NCBI GenBank assembly: GCA_938084645.1
Contig: CALKEP010000037.1
Coordinates: 1-45,375 of the forward strand
DNA length: 45,375 nucleotides
From: an uncultured Phycisphaerales bacterium
GTDB taxonomy: Bacteria > Planctomycetota > Phycisphaerae > Phycisphaerales > SM1A02
Direction of reading: 5' to 3'
A program made the translations under genes and the position numbers. Positions 7,875 through 18,361 of the stretch are shown in pieces (position 1 is the stretch's first letter; every line of letters starts with the position of its first letter). Under the pieces are notes generated by a model, which saw only the letters and a program-made list of their open reading frames with translations, was not told the DNA's origin and made no database searches.

Positions 7875-9982
7875 CGCTTGAAACGCTCCGTGGGAATTCG
7901 CACCAAGGTATCTGAACCGGGAGATGACCACTTCAGGATCAGGTCGTCCTGGCCGGTCCCCTCGAAGTAGTCGATCCGGATCGGATGGAGTCCGGCCTCC
8001 AGTGCGATCGTCCCCGACTTTTCGAGTGCGGAATGGAGGCCGTCGTTGTCGACGACCATCGAATCGTGGATCCGGAGCGTGCTGCCGTCGTCCGAGTCGA
8101 GGGCGAACGTCCAGACGCCGGTGGTCGGGACATCGATGAACCCGGTGAACGTGACGGCGAAATTCTCGTCGCGTGGTTGCATGGAGAGGTCGACCGTCGC
8201 GACCACGCCTTCCCCCTCGACCGCCGCATCGGCGAAGTCGGACACCCGCTCGAACTCGCCGAGGAAGCTCCGCCACGCGAGGCCGTCGCGTATCACGAAC
8301 GGTTGCACGGCGGCGGTCGGGGTGACGCGTTCGAATCGGCGTTCGACGATCCGGCCCACCGGCACGCCGTTGAAGAAACAAGCGGTTCGGAGCGTGGTGG
8401 TCCGATCGATCTCGATGGCGTCGGCACCGATGCCGGATTCGAAGGTCGGATCAGAGCCATCGATCGTCGATCGAACTTCGACGGTCGGATCCGGTGACTC
8501 GATGGCGACGGTGAAGGGATCGATGAAGATGCCCGATTCGGTCGCGATGCGCGGGCCGTCCACCACCAGCGCAGGCGCGGCGAGGTCGAGCACCACGACG
8601 GTGTCGATCGGATCGATCATCGCGTGGGCGGGAAGTTCGATGCGAAGGTCGGCGCCCGCTCGTTCGACGGTCAGCCGGCCGGCCGCGGGTGCGGCCAGAA
8701 GGTAGGCGGCGTCGTGCAGCGGTCGGCTCAGGAGACCCGGGAGTCGGAGCACGCCGTCTTCGGGCCGATCGAACACGTGGAGATACAGGCGCTCTCCACC
8801 ACCGGGCAGCGATCTTCGAGTGCAACGGCCCCAGTCGAGCGTCGAGAACGGCGACGCCCGGGTGCCATGAATGGAGTCGTCGTTCATCGACATCCAACGT
8901 CCGACGCCCGCGAGTCGTTCCTTCGCCTCCTCGGGAAATCGGCCCCGTTCATCGGGCCCGACGTTGAGCAGGAAGTTCCCGCCCTTGCTGGCGATGTCGA
9001 CGAGTTTTCGGATCAGATCGGAGGTCGTCTTGTAGGCGAGGTCGAACGACTGGTATCCCCATGACCGGTTCATGGTCATGCAGGTCTCCCAGTCCACGCC
9101 TTCGGGGAGGCCGGTGGCGGGAATCTCCTGTTCCGGGGTGCCGAAGTCACCGCGATAGCCACCCGCCCGGGTGAGCCCGGCCATGCCGGTCCGGCCGGTG
9201 TCCACCCGGTTGTTGACGATGATCCGCGGATCGATGCGACGCACGAGGTCGTAGGTCCGCTGGCCGTCGGCGTGCGTCCAGGTCCCTTCCCATTCACCGT
9301 CGAACCAGAGCACGCCGGGTCCGTATCGCTCGATCAGCTCCTCGAGCTGGCGATGCATGTGCGCCACGTACCGGTCGTGATCGCCCCCGGGACGATCGTC
9401 CCACGCCCGGCGGGGGAGGTAGTCGGGGTGGGTCCAGTCCATGATGGAGTGATAGAAGCAGGGGACGACGCCTTCGTTCCGGCACGCCTCGACGATCGCT
9501 CCGAGGATGTCGCGCTCGAAGGGCGTCTCCGACACGTCGAAGCTCGTGAACTCGCTCGGCCAGAGGCAGAAGCCGTCGTGGTGCTTGCTCGTCACGACGA
9601 GATATCGCATGCCCGCGTTCCGCGCGATCATCGCCCATTCGGTCGCGTCGAAGTCGACCGGATCGAACTGGGACTGGAGTGGCATGTAGTCGTCGGGGTG
9701 GATCTTCACCGAGTTGAGGATCCACTCGGCGCCGCCGGTTCGACGTCCCTCCCAGTATCCGCCGGGAATCGCGTAGAGGCCCCAGTGGATGAACATCCCG
9801 AACCTCGCCTCACGCCACCACGCCATGCGAGCGTCGCGCTGTGCAGGCGTCTCCTCGAGCGGCGTCACCATGCGGGGTGGCAGATCCTTCGGCCACCAGT
9901 CGGCATCGGGCGGAGGCGCAGCGCTCGATGGTGTGGTCGATGCGGCGAGGGCGATCGCAAGCAACGTGGTGTGCAGTGGCAT
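7871..9982 (-). CDS. Secreted GH29 alpha-L-fucosidase with C-terminal Fn3-like and PA14 domains
   Basis: Signal peptide; WWREARFGMFIHWG, TSKHHDGF, LWFDGEW and WETCMT motifs; PA14 tail (SDDGS.L.I...VVDNDGLH). Confidence 0.93.
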   Translation of the reverse strand: MPLHTTLLAIALAASTTPSSAAPPPDADWWPKDLPPRMVTPLEETPAQRDARMAWWREARFGMFIHWGLYAIPGGYWEGRRTGGAEWILNSVKIHPDDYMPLQSQFDPVDFDATEWAMIARNAGMRYLVVTSKHHDGFCLWPSEFTSFDVSETPFERDILGAIVEACRNEGVVPCFYHSIMDWTHPDYLPRRAWDDRPGGDHDRYVAHMHRQLEELIERYGPGVLWFDGEWEGTWTHADGQRTYDLVRRIDPRIIVNNRVDTGRTGMAGLTRAGGYRGDFGTPEQEIPATGLPEGVDWETCMTMNRSWGYQSFDLAYKTTSDLIRKLVDIASKGGNFLLNVGPDERGRFPEEAKERLAGVGRWMSMNDDSIHGTRASPFSTLDWGRCTRRSLPGGGERLYLHVFDRPEDGVLRLPGLLSRPLHDAAYLLAAPAAGRLTVERAGADLRIELPAHAMIDPIDTVVVLDLAAPALVVDGPRIATESGIFIDPFTVAIESPDPTVEVRSTIDGSDPTFESGIGADAIEIDRTTTLRTACFFNGVPVGRIVERRFERVTPTAAVQPFVIRDGLAWRSFLGEFERVSDFADAAVEGEGVVATVDLSMQPRDENFAVTFTGFIDVPTTGVWTFALDSDDGSTLRIHDSMVVDNDGLHSALEKSGTIALEAGLHPIRIDYFEGTGQDDLILKWSSPGSDTLVRIPTERFKR

Positions 9983-10045
9983 CTTCGGGTCTCCACCGAA
10001 GATCCTATCGGAGTGACGGCGACCTTCGAAGGCAGCGACGTGTTT

Positions 10046-10558
10046 TCAGGTGGTCTCCGACGGCTCGCCGCCCCCGAGGTCGAGATGCCAGTATCCGATG
10101 TCGATCCATCGGTCCGCCTTCCAGCCGACGGCGGGCAATCGACCGGCTTCCCGATAGCCGACGTGCTCGTGCATCCGGACGCTCGGCTCGTTGGGAAGCG
10201 TGATGACGGCGATGGCGGTCCGGCACCCCGACGTGCGGAGAGCCTCGAGCAGTGCGATGGCGAGTCTCGATCCGACGCCGGATCCCTGCGAACCGGGCCT
10301 GACGTAGACCGACGTCTCGGCGGTGAAGCGATAGGCGTCGCGTCCTCGGAAACCGGTGGCGTAGGCGTATCCCACGATCTCGCCGCCATCGTCTTCGGCG
10401 ACGATCCAGGGATGCGTCTTCAGGGTGCGTTCGATGCGCAGCGCTATCTCGGTCGCATCCGGTGCGGTCGATTCGAAGCTTCTGGTGCCGTGGTGCACGA
10501 ACGGCGCGTAGATCGCGGCGATGGCGGACGCGTCCCGGATTGTCGCGGATCGCAACAT
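10046..10558 (-). CDS. GNAT N-acetyltransferase (phosphinothricin acetyltransferase-like)
   Basis: SFE..P, GYAYA..FRGRDAY, ETSVYV, QGSGVG, PNEPSVRMHE and VGWK..RWID motifs. Confidence 0.9.
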   Translation of the reverse strand: MLRSATIRDASAIAAIYAPFVHHGTRSFESTAPDATEIALRIERTLKTHPWIVAEDDGGEIVGYAYATGFRGRDAYRFTAETSVYVRPGSQGSGVGSRLAIALLEALRTSGCRTAIAVITLPNEPSVRMHEHVGYREAGRLPAVGWKADRWIDIGYWHLDLGGGEPSETT

Positions 10559-10565
10559 GAATGGA

Positions 10566-10575
10566 ACGGTACCAT
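10566..10575. promoter_or_regulatory. Putative overlapping divergent -10 elements
   Basis: ACGGTACCAT reads TACCGT on minus (7 nt before GNAT ATG) and TACCAT on plus (toward GH95). Confidence 0.5.
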
Positions 10576-10632
10576 CGACATCGAGCCGCCCTCCACCTTC
10601 CCGGCCGCCCAACGGCCGATCGGGAGTCCAGC

Positions 10633-13611
10633 ATGTCGAACGTCGTGATGCCCCGCATTCTGATCGCCATGGTCACGACGTTCCTCACGATCGTGGGCTT
10701 CGTTCACGCCGATCCGCCCGTATTGCGAATGGTGCCGTCGGGATGGAACGACGTCCCGGGGTCGGATCTCTCGAAGTACGACGGATTCGCGTGGTATGTC
10801 CTTCCCGTCGTCATTCCCGCGGAGTGGAGTCCATCGGCGCTTCGGTTGGAGCTGGGTGCGATCGACGATGCGGACGAGACCTTCTTCGATGGCGTCCGGC
10901 TCGGCGGGACGGGCGGCATGCCGCCGCGGGCCCGGACCGCGTGGCAGTCGTCACGCCGCTACACCGTTCCTGCCTCGCTGGTGCGTCCGGGTCGGATCGG
11001 CATCATCGCCGTTCGGGTCCACGACTCCGGCGGGAACGGCGGCATCTGGGAAGGGACGCCGCGTCTCGAGGGGCCCGATGGTGCGCTCGATCTCTCCGGC
11101 GCCTGGATCTTCAGCGTCGGTGACGCGCCCGGGGCGATCGACTCGACGGCAGGCCCGGTTCTTCGATCGAGCCTCGAGAAGCAGGCCGCCGAAGCCGGGT
11201 TGGTTCCCGCGGGCGGGATGGCGAGCCGATGGATCTCGGCGAGTCGCGCCGAATCACCCGAGGGTGACGTGCTCTGGTACGAACGGCCGGCCGACGAATG
11301 GACGAGCGCACTCCCGATCGGGAACGGCCGACTCGGAGGGATGGTGTACGGGGATCCGTTCGGAACGATCCAGGTGAGCGAGGAATCCGTCTGGGCCGGC
11401 TCGCCGATCGATCGACACCGGAATCCGCCGAGCGACGCGTTGCAACGGGCCCGGGATCTCTGGTTCTCCGGTGACGTGACCGGGGCGCAGCGGATCATGC
11501 AGCAGGAGTTCATGAGCGAGCGTCTCACCCGCAGTCATCAGACGCTGTTCACGGTGGGGACGCGCTGGGTCGACGATCTCGCGGCGATCAGCGGCTATCG
11601 GCGTTCACTCGATCTCGCCACCGGCGTCACGGAGACCTCCTTCTCCTCGAACGGCCATCGCTACCGGTGTCGGATGTTCGCGAGCGAAGCGGACGACGTG
11701 ATCGTGGTGCGATGGGAGACCGATGCGCCCGAGGGCATGCATGCCGCGGTCGCGATCGCCCGGGAGCGCCTGCATGACGGTGGGACGTTGGTCGGCGGGA
11801 CGGGGTCAGCGACCAGGGAGGAGACTTCGTCGATGCTGTACGGGCGTGCGATCAACGGAACGCACCCGGGCGTGCGCTACGCCGGAATCGCCGTCTCGAG
11901 GGGTGATGCGCTGCACGAATCCGGGGAGCCGATACCGGTGCCCGGCGACGGGATCCTGAGAGGCGTTCGAAGTCATCCCGACATCGCTCGCCGAGTCCGT
12001 GCGTACACCGTGGCGATCGCCGGTGCGACCGACATGCCCGGATACGGCGTCGCGGATCCACCTGCCGAGGTCGAGCGGCGTGCGGAGGCGGCCCTGGACC
12101 GCGGCTTCGATGAACTCCTCCGGCGTCATCTGGATTCCTTCCAGCCACCGTTCGAGCGAGTGACCATCGATCTCGGGACCTCGCCGCAGGCGTCGAAGCC
12201 CACCGACGTTCGACTGGAGGAACTTCGCGATGGTGCCGAGGATCCATCACTCTTCAGTCTCTACTTCCAGTTCGCCCGCTATCTGATGATCTCCTGTTCG
12301 AGACCCGGAACGATGCCCGCCAACCTCCAGGGCATCTGGAACGAACATCTCGAAGCGCCGTGGAATGCCGACTACCACGTCAACATCAATCTGCAGATGA
12401 ACTACTGGCCCGCGGAGATCGGCAACCTCGCGGAGTTCCATGAGCCGGTGTTCGACTTCACCGAGCGTCTGGCCGAGCGAGGCCGGGACACCGCCGAGCG
12501 ACTCTACGGCGCGGACGGATGGATGGCCCATCACACCTCGGACGCCTGGGCGTTCACGGTGCCGATCGGTCGGACGGTGTGGGGCATGTGGCCGCATGGC
12601 GGTGGTTGGATGACCCGGCATCTCTGGGAGCACTACCTGCACTCGGGTGACGAGGTCTTTCTCCGCGAGCGGGCTTGGCCGCTTCTTCGTGGGGCGTCCG
12701 AGTTCTATCTCGACTACCTCTGTGAGGATCCGGCGACCGGGCGGCTCGTTTCGGGGCCCAGCAGTTCACCGGAGAACACCTTCATCACCGAGGACGGGCA
12801 GCGGGCGGACATCGGCATGGGGAACGCGATGGACCAGGAGATCATCTGGGACGTCTTCACGAATCTGATCGATGCCGCGACGGTGCTCGAAGCATCGGAC
12901 GACGAGGTGGTCGTGGCGGCGAAGGCCGCTCGGGATCGGCTGGCGATGCCCACCATCGGCGCCGACGGCCGGCTGATGGAATGGTCGCGACCCTTCGCGG
13001 AGGCGGAACCCGGACATCGCCACATCTCGCATCTCTTCGGCCTGCATCCGGGCGCTCAGTTCAATCACGCGACCACGCCCGAGCTTCTTGAAGCGGCTCG
13101 GAAGTCACTCGACTTCCGGCTCGCCAACGGCGGTGGACACACCGGGTGGAGCCGTGCGTGGCTCGTCAACTTCATGGCGAGACTGCACGACGGCGAGGCG
13201 GCGTACGAGAATCTGCGACTGCTGCTCGTGAAGTCGACGCTGCCGAACCTCTTCGACAATCACCCGCCGTTCCAGATCGACGGAAACTTCGGCGGGGCGG
13301 CGGGCATCGCGGAGATGCTGGTGCAGTCCCATGTCCCACTTCCCGACGCATTCGCACCGGGTGTCCCGCCGAGATTCCAGATCGATCTCCTGCCGGCATT
13401 GCCGGCGGCATGGTCTTCGGGCGAGGTGCGGGGCCTTCGGGTTCGCGGCGGGCTGAGCATCGTCCGTCTGACGTGGACCCCGGAGACCATCGAGGTGGAG
13501 TTCTCGAGCGACGGGGTGGAACAGGTCCGGGTTCGACCGCCGAACGACGAACGGCTCGTCGAGATGGGCACGCGCGACGGACGGATGACGTTCATCTTCA
13601 AGCGAGATTGA
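10633..13611 (+). CDS. Secreted GH95 alpha-fucosidase with extra N-terminal beta-sandwich domain
   Basis: [56 protein letters not shown] and [10 protein letters not shown] motifs; signal peptide; SD ggag. Confidence 0.94.
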   Translation: MSNVVMPRILIAMVTTFLTIVGFVHADPPVLRMVPSGWNDVPGSDLSKYDGFAWYVLPVVIPAEWSPSALRLELGAIDDADETFFDGVRLGGTGGMPPRARTAWQSSRRYTVPASLVRPGRIGIIAVRVHDSGGNGGIWEGTPRLEGPDGALDLSGAWIFSVGDAPGAIDSTAGPVLRSSLEKQAAEAGLVPAGGMASRWISASRAESPEGDVLWYERPADEWTSALPIGNGRLGGMVYGDPFGTIQVSEESVWAGSPIDRHRNPPSDALQRARDLWFSGDVTGAQRIMQQEFMSERLTRSHQTLFTVGTRWVDDLAAISGYRRSLDLATGVTETSFSSNGHRYRCRMFASEADDVIVVRWETDAPEGMHAAVAIARERLHDGGTLVGGTGSATREETSSMLYGRAINGTHPGVRYAGIAVSRGDALHESGEPIPVPGDGILRGVRSHPDIARRVRAYTVAIAGATDMPGYGVADPPAEVERRAEAALDRGFDELLRRHLDSFQPPFERVTIDLGTSPQASKPTDVRLEELRDGAEDPSLFSLYFQFARYLMISCSRPGTMPANLQGIWNEHLEAPWNADYHVNINLQMNYWPAEIGNLAEFHEPVFDFTERLAERGRDTAERLYGADGWMAHHTSDAWAFTVPIGRTVWGMWPHGGGWMTRHLWEHYLHSGDEVFLRERAWPLLRGASEFYLDYLCEDPATGRLVSGPSSSPENTFITEDGQRADIGMGNAMDQEIIWDVFTNLIDAATVLEASDDEVVVAAKAARDRLAMPTIGADGRLMEWSRPFAEAEPGHRHISHLFGLHPGAQFNHATTPELLEAARKSLDFRLANGGGHTGWSRAWLVNFMARLHDGEAAYENLRLLLVKSTLPNLFDNHPPFQIDGNFGGAAGIAEMLVQSHVPLPDAFAPGVPPRFQIDLLPALPAAWSSGEVRGLRVRGGLSIVRLTWTPETIEVEFSSDGVEQVRVRPPNDERLVEMGTRDGRMTFIFKRD

Positions 13612-13636
13612 GGCGCTCCGGCCTCCGGAAGAGAGA

Positions 13637-13671
13637 CAGGCCCATCGAAATCTCGGATTCCGATGGGCCTG
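13637..13671 (-). terminator. Hairpin immediately downstream of tRNA-Pro
   Basis: caggcccatcg...cgatgggcctg inverted repeat followed by a pyrimidine run on the minus strand. Confidence 0.65.
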
Positions 13672-13673
13672 AA

Positions 13674-13747
13674 TCAGGGCGACAGGATTCGAACCTGCGA
13701 CCTGCGACTCCCAAAGCCGCCGCTCTACCAAGCTGAGCTACGCCCTG
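13674..13747 (-). tRNA. tRNA-Pro (anticodon TGG)
   Basis: Minus strand CAGGGCGTAGCTCAGCTTGGTAGAGCGGCGGCTTTGGGAGTCGCAGGTCGCAGGTTCGAATCCTGTCGCCCTGA folds as a cloverleaf; CCA not encoded. Confidence 0.97.
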
Positions 13748-13758
13748 AAGGGTGGAGG

Positions 13759-13768
13759 ATTGTACGCT
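13759..13768. promoter_or_regulatory. Putative overlapping divergent -10 elements
   Basis: ATTGTACGCT reads TACAAT on minus (upstream of tRNA-Pro) and TACGCT on plus. Confidence 0.55.
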
Positions 13769-13825
13769 GGGGGACGAAAGTGCGAGCCGCAGATTGATCC
13801 TGTCATCGCCTTGAGGAGTCCCGCC

Positions 13826-15169
13826 ATGCGAATATCGAGCTCACCGACGTTCTGCCCGACGGGATTTGGCGGGCTCATCCCGACGATCATGGTTGGATTC
13901 GCGATCTGGGTCGGCGGTTGCGACACGACGCGGCCGAAGGTCGACGACTACCGCGAATACGCATCGGTCCGCGATGAACTTTCGCCCGAACTGGCCCAGG
14001 TGCTTCTCCAGGACTTCGCCACCGCGGCCGGGCAGGCGGTCGATCTCGCGATGCTGGAGGTCCTCGAAGGAACCGACGATCCCGAGGTCGTCGGGAACGC
14101 GATGCGGTTCCGGTCGGCGGCGGTCTCGGAGATCAGACGAGCGGCGCTTCGCATCAATCCGATCGTGGCCGCACTGGATTCCTGGGTGCTCTATGAACAG
14201 CTCGAGCGATTCCTCCGCTCGGGTGGCGGGATCGAAGCCCTCGGCGATCGTCCCGACGTGATCGAGCGGATGCTCGGGACGATCGAGTTCGACCTCGACA
14301 TCGCGCTGGAACGGATGTTGGTCGATCGCGAACTGGCGAAGGCGCAGGTCGATGCGCTGGTCGGTCGGCACGAGATCACCAGCCTGACGCTGGCGCGACC
14401 GTCGGCGATCTCGCCGGTGGCGAGAGACGATGCCCGATTGAGAACCCTCATGGACTCGGTGGCGACGTTCGAGTTCGTCGCGAGTGCCGCCTACCACCGG
14501 CTCGGTTCGGCGCTCGACGACTTCCCCGAGGATCTTCGATGGGAGATCGATCTGGCGGTGAGGCGGATGCTCGACGACGAGCGTGTCGACCAGGCGTTGG
14601 TGAGCCTGGACAGACTCGATCTCGACATGAGGGCCGTCGATGACGCGATCCGCGAAATCCCGATCTCGCTCGACATGAAGGGCGATGCGATCGTGAGGTC
14701 GATCCAGACCCTGACGCAGGACGCGATGGACGAGGTGGCCTTCGTGGTGGACGACGGATTCGATCGGATGCTGGTGCTCGTCCAGCAGGAGCGAATCGAG
14801 GCTCAGAAGGACATCGAGCGTCAGCGTCTCGAGACGATCGAGGTCCTTCGGACGGAACGCGAACTCGTTCTCGAGGCAGTCACCCAGGAACGGGAGGCCC
14901 TGGTCCGAGGCGTCGCGGTGGAACGTGACAACACCATGGTCTCGCTGCGGGAGATGGTCGCCACGGAGTCTCGCTCGGCGATCGAGGCGGCTCAAGTCAC
15001 CGCGGTGGAGATCGTGGATCGTGCGATGGGTGGATTGCGACTGATCGTGGCGGCCGGAATCATGGGTCTGGTCATCTTCGGCGTGGTGCTGATGCTCATG
15101 GTTCGCCGGTTCGGGCGTTTGCTCGAGCTTCGAACTCAGGCCCCGCCGGACTCAGGTCGCGAGGTTTGA
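13826..15169 (+). CDS. Helical/coiled-coil putative lipoprotein with C-terminal TM
   Basis: SD gaggag; hydrophobic segment followed by WVGGC; heptad-like E/R-rich region; C-terminal hydrophobic helix. Confidence 0.8.
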   Translation: MRISSSPTFCPTGFGGLIPTIMVGFAIWVGGCDTTRPKVDDYREYASVRDELSPELAQVLLQDFATAAGQAVDLAMLEVLEGTDDPEVVGNAMRFRSAAVSEIRRAALRINPIVAALDSWVLYEQLERFLRSGGGIEALGDRPDVIERMLGTIEFDLDIALERMLVDRELAKAQVDALVGRHEITSLTLARPSAISPVARDDARLRTLMDSVATFEFVASAAYHRLGSALDDFPEDLRWEIDLAVRRMLDDERVDQALVSLDRLDLDMRAVDDAIREIPISLDMKGDAIVRSIQTLTQDAMDEVAFVVDDGFDRMLVLVQQERIEAQKDIERQRLETIEVLRTERELVLEAVTQEREALVRGVAVERDNTMVSLREMVATESRSAIEAAQVTAVEIVDRAMGGLRLIVAAGIMGLVIFGVVLMLMVRRFGRLLELRTQAPPDSGREV

Positions 15170-15961
15170 AAACGGTCCGGCCTCGAGCCACTCCCGCGTG
15201 CGTTCGGCCCGGAAGCGGTGCAGATAGTGTCCGGTGTCCTCCACGCGTTCGACCCTGGCGTCAGGCCGATGGGCGAGCAGACCTTCGACCGGCATTCGAC
15301 CTTGGCCGCCGGCGAGCGCGTGCACGGGGCAGTCGATCGATTCGAGCGACTCGGTGATCGGCCACTGGACGGCGCCCGCGATGGCGAGGGCGGCTTCCAC
15401 CACCGGTGCAAAGAGGAATCGCCGTTCGATGTTCAGGCGGATGTCGCCCTGGTCCTCCAAAGAGAAGAAATCGGGGACCCAGGACGAGGCTTCCGCGATC
15501 CATCCGGCCTGAGCCAGCAGTCGCCCGCCCGTCGCGGCCCGGTCGATCCACGGGAGCATCCGATCCAGGGAGTCCTGTCGGCGGTCCGGCGTCATCGGAA
15601 CGCTGGCATCCAGAAGCACGACCTGCCGGACGGCCAGATCCGGATCCTTCGCAAGGACACAGGCCATGGCGCCGCCGAGGGAGTGTCCGATCACGGTCGC
15701 CCCGGCGAATCCCGCGTCGATGATCGTGGTTCGAACCCGGTCGAGGATCTCGTCGGCGAATCCCCGGGCGATCGGATGGCGGGCCTCTGGATCCGGCTCG
15801 GTCGGCCAGGTCTCGAGGTCGAAATCCCCTCCGGCCGGCATCCAGGAGATCGGGAGGACCGGGCCCGGCAGGGCGGCTCGAATCGAGTCGACTTCATCGG
15901 CTCGACCGCACCAACCATGCAGGAAGACCACGGGATGCGGTTCGCTGGGGGTCTCTGGCAT
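15152..15961 (-). CDS. Alpha/beta hydrolase
   Basis: VFLHGW, GHSLGG nucleophile elbow, C-terminal GHY. Confidence 0.88.
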   Translation of the reverse strand: MPETPSEPHPVVFLHGWCGRADEVDSIRAALPGPVLPISWMPAGGDFDLETWPTEPDPEARHPIARGFADEILDRVRTTIIDAGFAGATVIGHSLGGAMACVLAKDPDLAVRQVVLLDASVPMTPDRRQDSLDRMLPWIDRAATGGRLLAQAGWIAEASSWVPDFFSLEDQGDIRLNIERRFLFAPVVEAALAIAGAVQWPITESLESIDCPVHALAGGQGRMPVEGLLAHRPDARVERVEDTGHYLHRFRAERTREWLEAGPFSNLAT

Positions 15962-16100
15962 GGACAGAACATATTCGAGCGGCCCTGACGGTGCTCAAAC
16001 CGGTGATTTCTCCGTCGCGACCGGGCGGGGATCGGTATCCTCTGCACTCGCCGGCGGCATCGCCGGTCGCTCCGCATCGTCCCCGGATCCAGGCCCACCC

Positions 16101-16496
16101 ATGATCACCCTCGCGCTCGACGGCATCGCCAGTTACATCCCGGTCGGGGTCATCATCGTGATGGCGTTCCTGTTCATCGTCGTGAACATCGTGGCGACGT
16201 CGCTCATCGGCCCCCAGGCCCAGGGTGCAGTCAAGGGTCTCGCATACGAGTCGGGGATGGACCCGATCGGATCGGCCCGCAAGCGTTTCAACGTCCGGTT
16301 CTACATCCTCGCCATGACCTTCCTGGTCTTCGACGTCGAGATCATCTTCCTCTACCCGTGGGCGGTGACCTTCGCGAAGCTGGAGCCGCAGTCCTCCGAG
16401 TCCGCCCTCTTCCTCGGCCGCATCATGTTCTTCATCGCGACCAGCGTGGTGGCCTACGTGTACGCATGGAAGAAGGGCGTCTTCCGCTGGGATTGA
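16101..16496 (+). CDS. nuoA: NADH-quinone oxidoreductase subunit A
   Basis: YESGMDP, RFNVRFY, FLVFDVEIIFLYPWA and YAWKKGVFRWD motifs. Confidence 0.95.
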   Translation: MITLALDGIASYIPVGVIIVMAFLFIVVNIVATSLIGPQAQGAVKGLAYESGMDPIGSARKRFNVRFYILAMTFLVFDVEIIFLYPWAVTFAKLEPQSSESALFLGRIMFFIATSVVAYVYAWKKGVFRWD

Positions 16497-16549
16497 GGCG
16501 GAGCTCCCGCGGCCGTCACCGCCGATCGACCACTCGAACGTCCGTCTCG

Positions 16550-16577
16550 AAGCCCCGCATCGCCGGGGCTTTTCCTT
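16550..16577 (+). terminator. Intrinsic terminator after nuoA
   Basis: aagccccg-catcgc-cggggctt followed by ttcctt. Confidence 0.7.
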
Positions 16578-16592
16578 CGGGCGCCGCCGGAC

Positions 16593-18230
16593 TCAGTTCC
16601 AGTCGATGAGCAGGAGGCCGAGATCGGCGCCGTCGACCCGTCCGTCGTCGTCGAGATCGGGAGGGCAGGTCGGGGGACAGACGCCCCAGGCCGCGAGCAT
16701 GATTCCGAGATCCGCACCGTCGACGGATCCGTTCCCGTCGAGGTCCCCCGGAAGTCCGGGGGGGTCGTAACCACCGTTGCTCATGATGATCATGGAATCG
16801 TCGAGCTCGTCGACGAACACGAGATCGAGATCACCGTCACGATCCATGTCGACGGGAAGCGAGCAACTGGCCGCGATCGGCGCATCGAAGCTGGAATGGA
16901 ACTCGAAGCCGCCGGTGCCGTCGTTCAGGAACAGGAACCAGTCGCCGCCGTAGCTCGACGTGATCCAGTCGAGATCTCCATCGCCGTCGAGGTCACCGAG
17001 ATCGCTGGCGAGCGGGAAGGGATCCGTGTCGTGACTGGTGCCCGGCCGGAGACCGCCACGGCCGTCGTTGAGGAAGATGAAGCCTTCGTCCGCGAAGGAG
17101 TTGACGCAGGCGACGTCCACGGATCCGTCGCCGTCCAGGTCCGCGAGGTTGAGCTGCCAGGTGCGTCCGCTGACCGAACGCGTGCTGTGGTTCGTGAATC
17201 CGCCGTCCTCGTCGGCGAGCAGCACCCGAACCTGACTCTGTCCGCCGATCACCAGGTCGAAGAGCCCGTCGCCGTCCATGTCGTCGGCCTGAATGCTCCA
17301 TTCCCCGTTGATGCCGGGATTGAGCGAGGTCAGTCCCCCGAACACGCCGGTGCCGTCGTTGAAGAGGAGCCGAAGGTTGTTCGAGTAGTACGCCGAACTC
17401 GCGATGTCGAGGTCGCCGTCGCCGTCGAGGTCGAGCACGGTGATGCCGCGGGCGCCGTCTCCCGTCTCGAGCGTCTGAGCCGGTCCGTAGGTGCCGTCAC
17501 CGTTGCCCAGAAGGACCGACACGCTGTCGCCGACGATGTTCGCGGTGCAGAGATCGGGGATTCCGTCGAGATCGAAGTCCGCCGCTTCGGACGGACTCGG
17601 TACCGCACCCACGGCATTTCCAGGTTCGAGAAAGGCGTCCACCCGGCAGGTGGCGTCACCGGCGTTCATGAAGACGCGGACGTCGTCGGTGGCTTCGTTG
17701 ACGATCGAGAGATCGATCCAGCCGTCACCGTCGAGATCGGTCGCGGTTCCGCCGTAGGGAATCACGTCTTCGCCGGGGAACGCGCGAGTGGTGATGGACT
17801 GCGCGATCTCGAACTGCAGATCGCCCGCACCGGCCCGGGTCCAGTACCGGACCTGGTGGCCCCGGCTTCGCAGCGCGGATCCGTCGACGCCCCGCAACCC
17901 GTGACCGAGCGTGATGGTCACTGGTTCTCCGGGGCTCGCGTCGCGATCCGGCGTGAGGGAGACGGTTCGTCCGTCGCGGGAGATCGACAGCGTGCCGGTG
18001 AGTGGCCCGGCGCCGCGGCTGAAGGCATGGAAGGTGTCGACGCCGACGCTTGCCGGGTCGACGGCGCGATCGAAGGTCACCTGGATGACCGCATCGGTGG
18101 CGGCGTCGAGCACCGCGCGGCGTGGCGTGGTCTGGACGACCGAGAGGTCATCTCCCGCCGCGGCGATCGCCGTGAGCGGCGAGATGCCGAGAATCGGAAC
18201 GAGGAATGTCGAATGCAGGCGCCTCTTCAT
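16593..18230 (-). CDS. Secreted FG-GAP/VCBS-repeat protein with N-terminal Ig-like domain and C-terminal dockerin-like anchor
   Basis: Signal peptide; IQVTFDRAVDP Ig-like domain; seven DxDGDGxxD-type repeats; duplicated DLDxxGxVDGADLG tail. Confidence 0.9.
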   Translation of the reverse strand: MKRRLHSTFLVPILGISPLTAIAAAGDDLSVVQTTPRRAVLDAATDAVIQVTFDRAVDPASVGVDTFHAFSRGAGPLTGTLSISRDGRTVSLTPDRDASPGEPVTITLGHGLRGVDGSALRSRGHQVRYWTRAGAGDLQFEIAQSITTRAFPGEDVIPYGGTATDLDGDGWIDLSIVNEATDDVRVFMNAGDATCRVDAFLEPGNAVGAVPSPSEAADFDLDGIPDLCTANIVGDSVSVLLGNGDGTYGPAQTLETGDGARGITVLDLDGDGDLDIASSAYYSNNLRLLFNDGTGVFGGLTSLNPGINGEWSIQADDMDGDGLFDLVIGGQSQVRVLLADEDGGFTNHSTRSVSGRTWQLNLADLDGDGSVDVACVNSFADEGFIFLNDGRGGLRPGTSHDTDPFPLASDLGDLDGDGDLDWITSSYGGDWFLFLNDGTGGFEFHSSFDAPIAASCSLPVDMDRDGDLDLVFVDELDDSMIIMSNGGYDPPGLPGDLDGNGSVDGADLGIMLAAWGVCPPTCPPDLDDDGRVDGADLGLLLIDWN

Positions 18231-18361
18231 CGCGGTCACGGCTCCTCTGGGTGGCCTCGGCGGGACGGCGGTCACCGGGAAGACCCATCCATGGATGGAT
18301 CATCCGGGGCTTGGTTCCCCCATTTCGGACGATGGTGTGCGGTATCGGACTCGTGTCGACG

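Noticed and set aside
13674..13747. tRNA-Pro as the integration site of a fucosidase island
   Set aside because: No integrase, no duplicated tRNA 3' end seen and flanking composition is host-like
16780..17760. Repeated nucleotide motifs resembling an array
   Set aside because: They encode FG-GAP DxDGDG protein repeats; there is no CRISPR repeat-spacer structure
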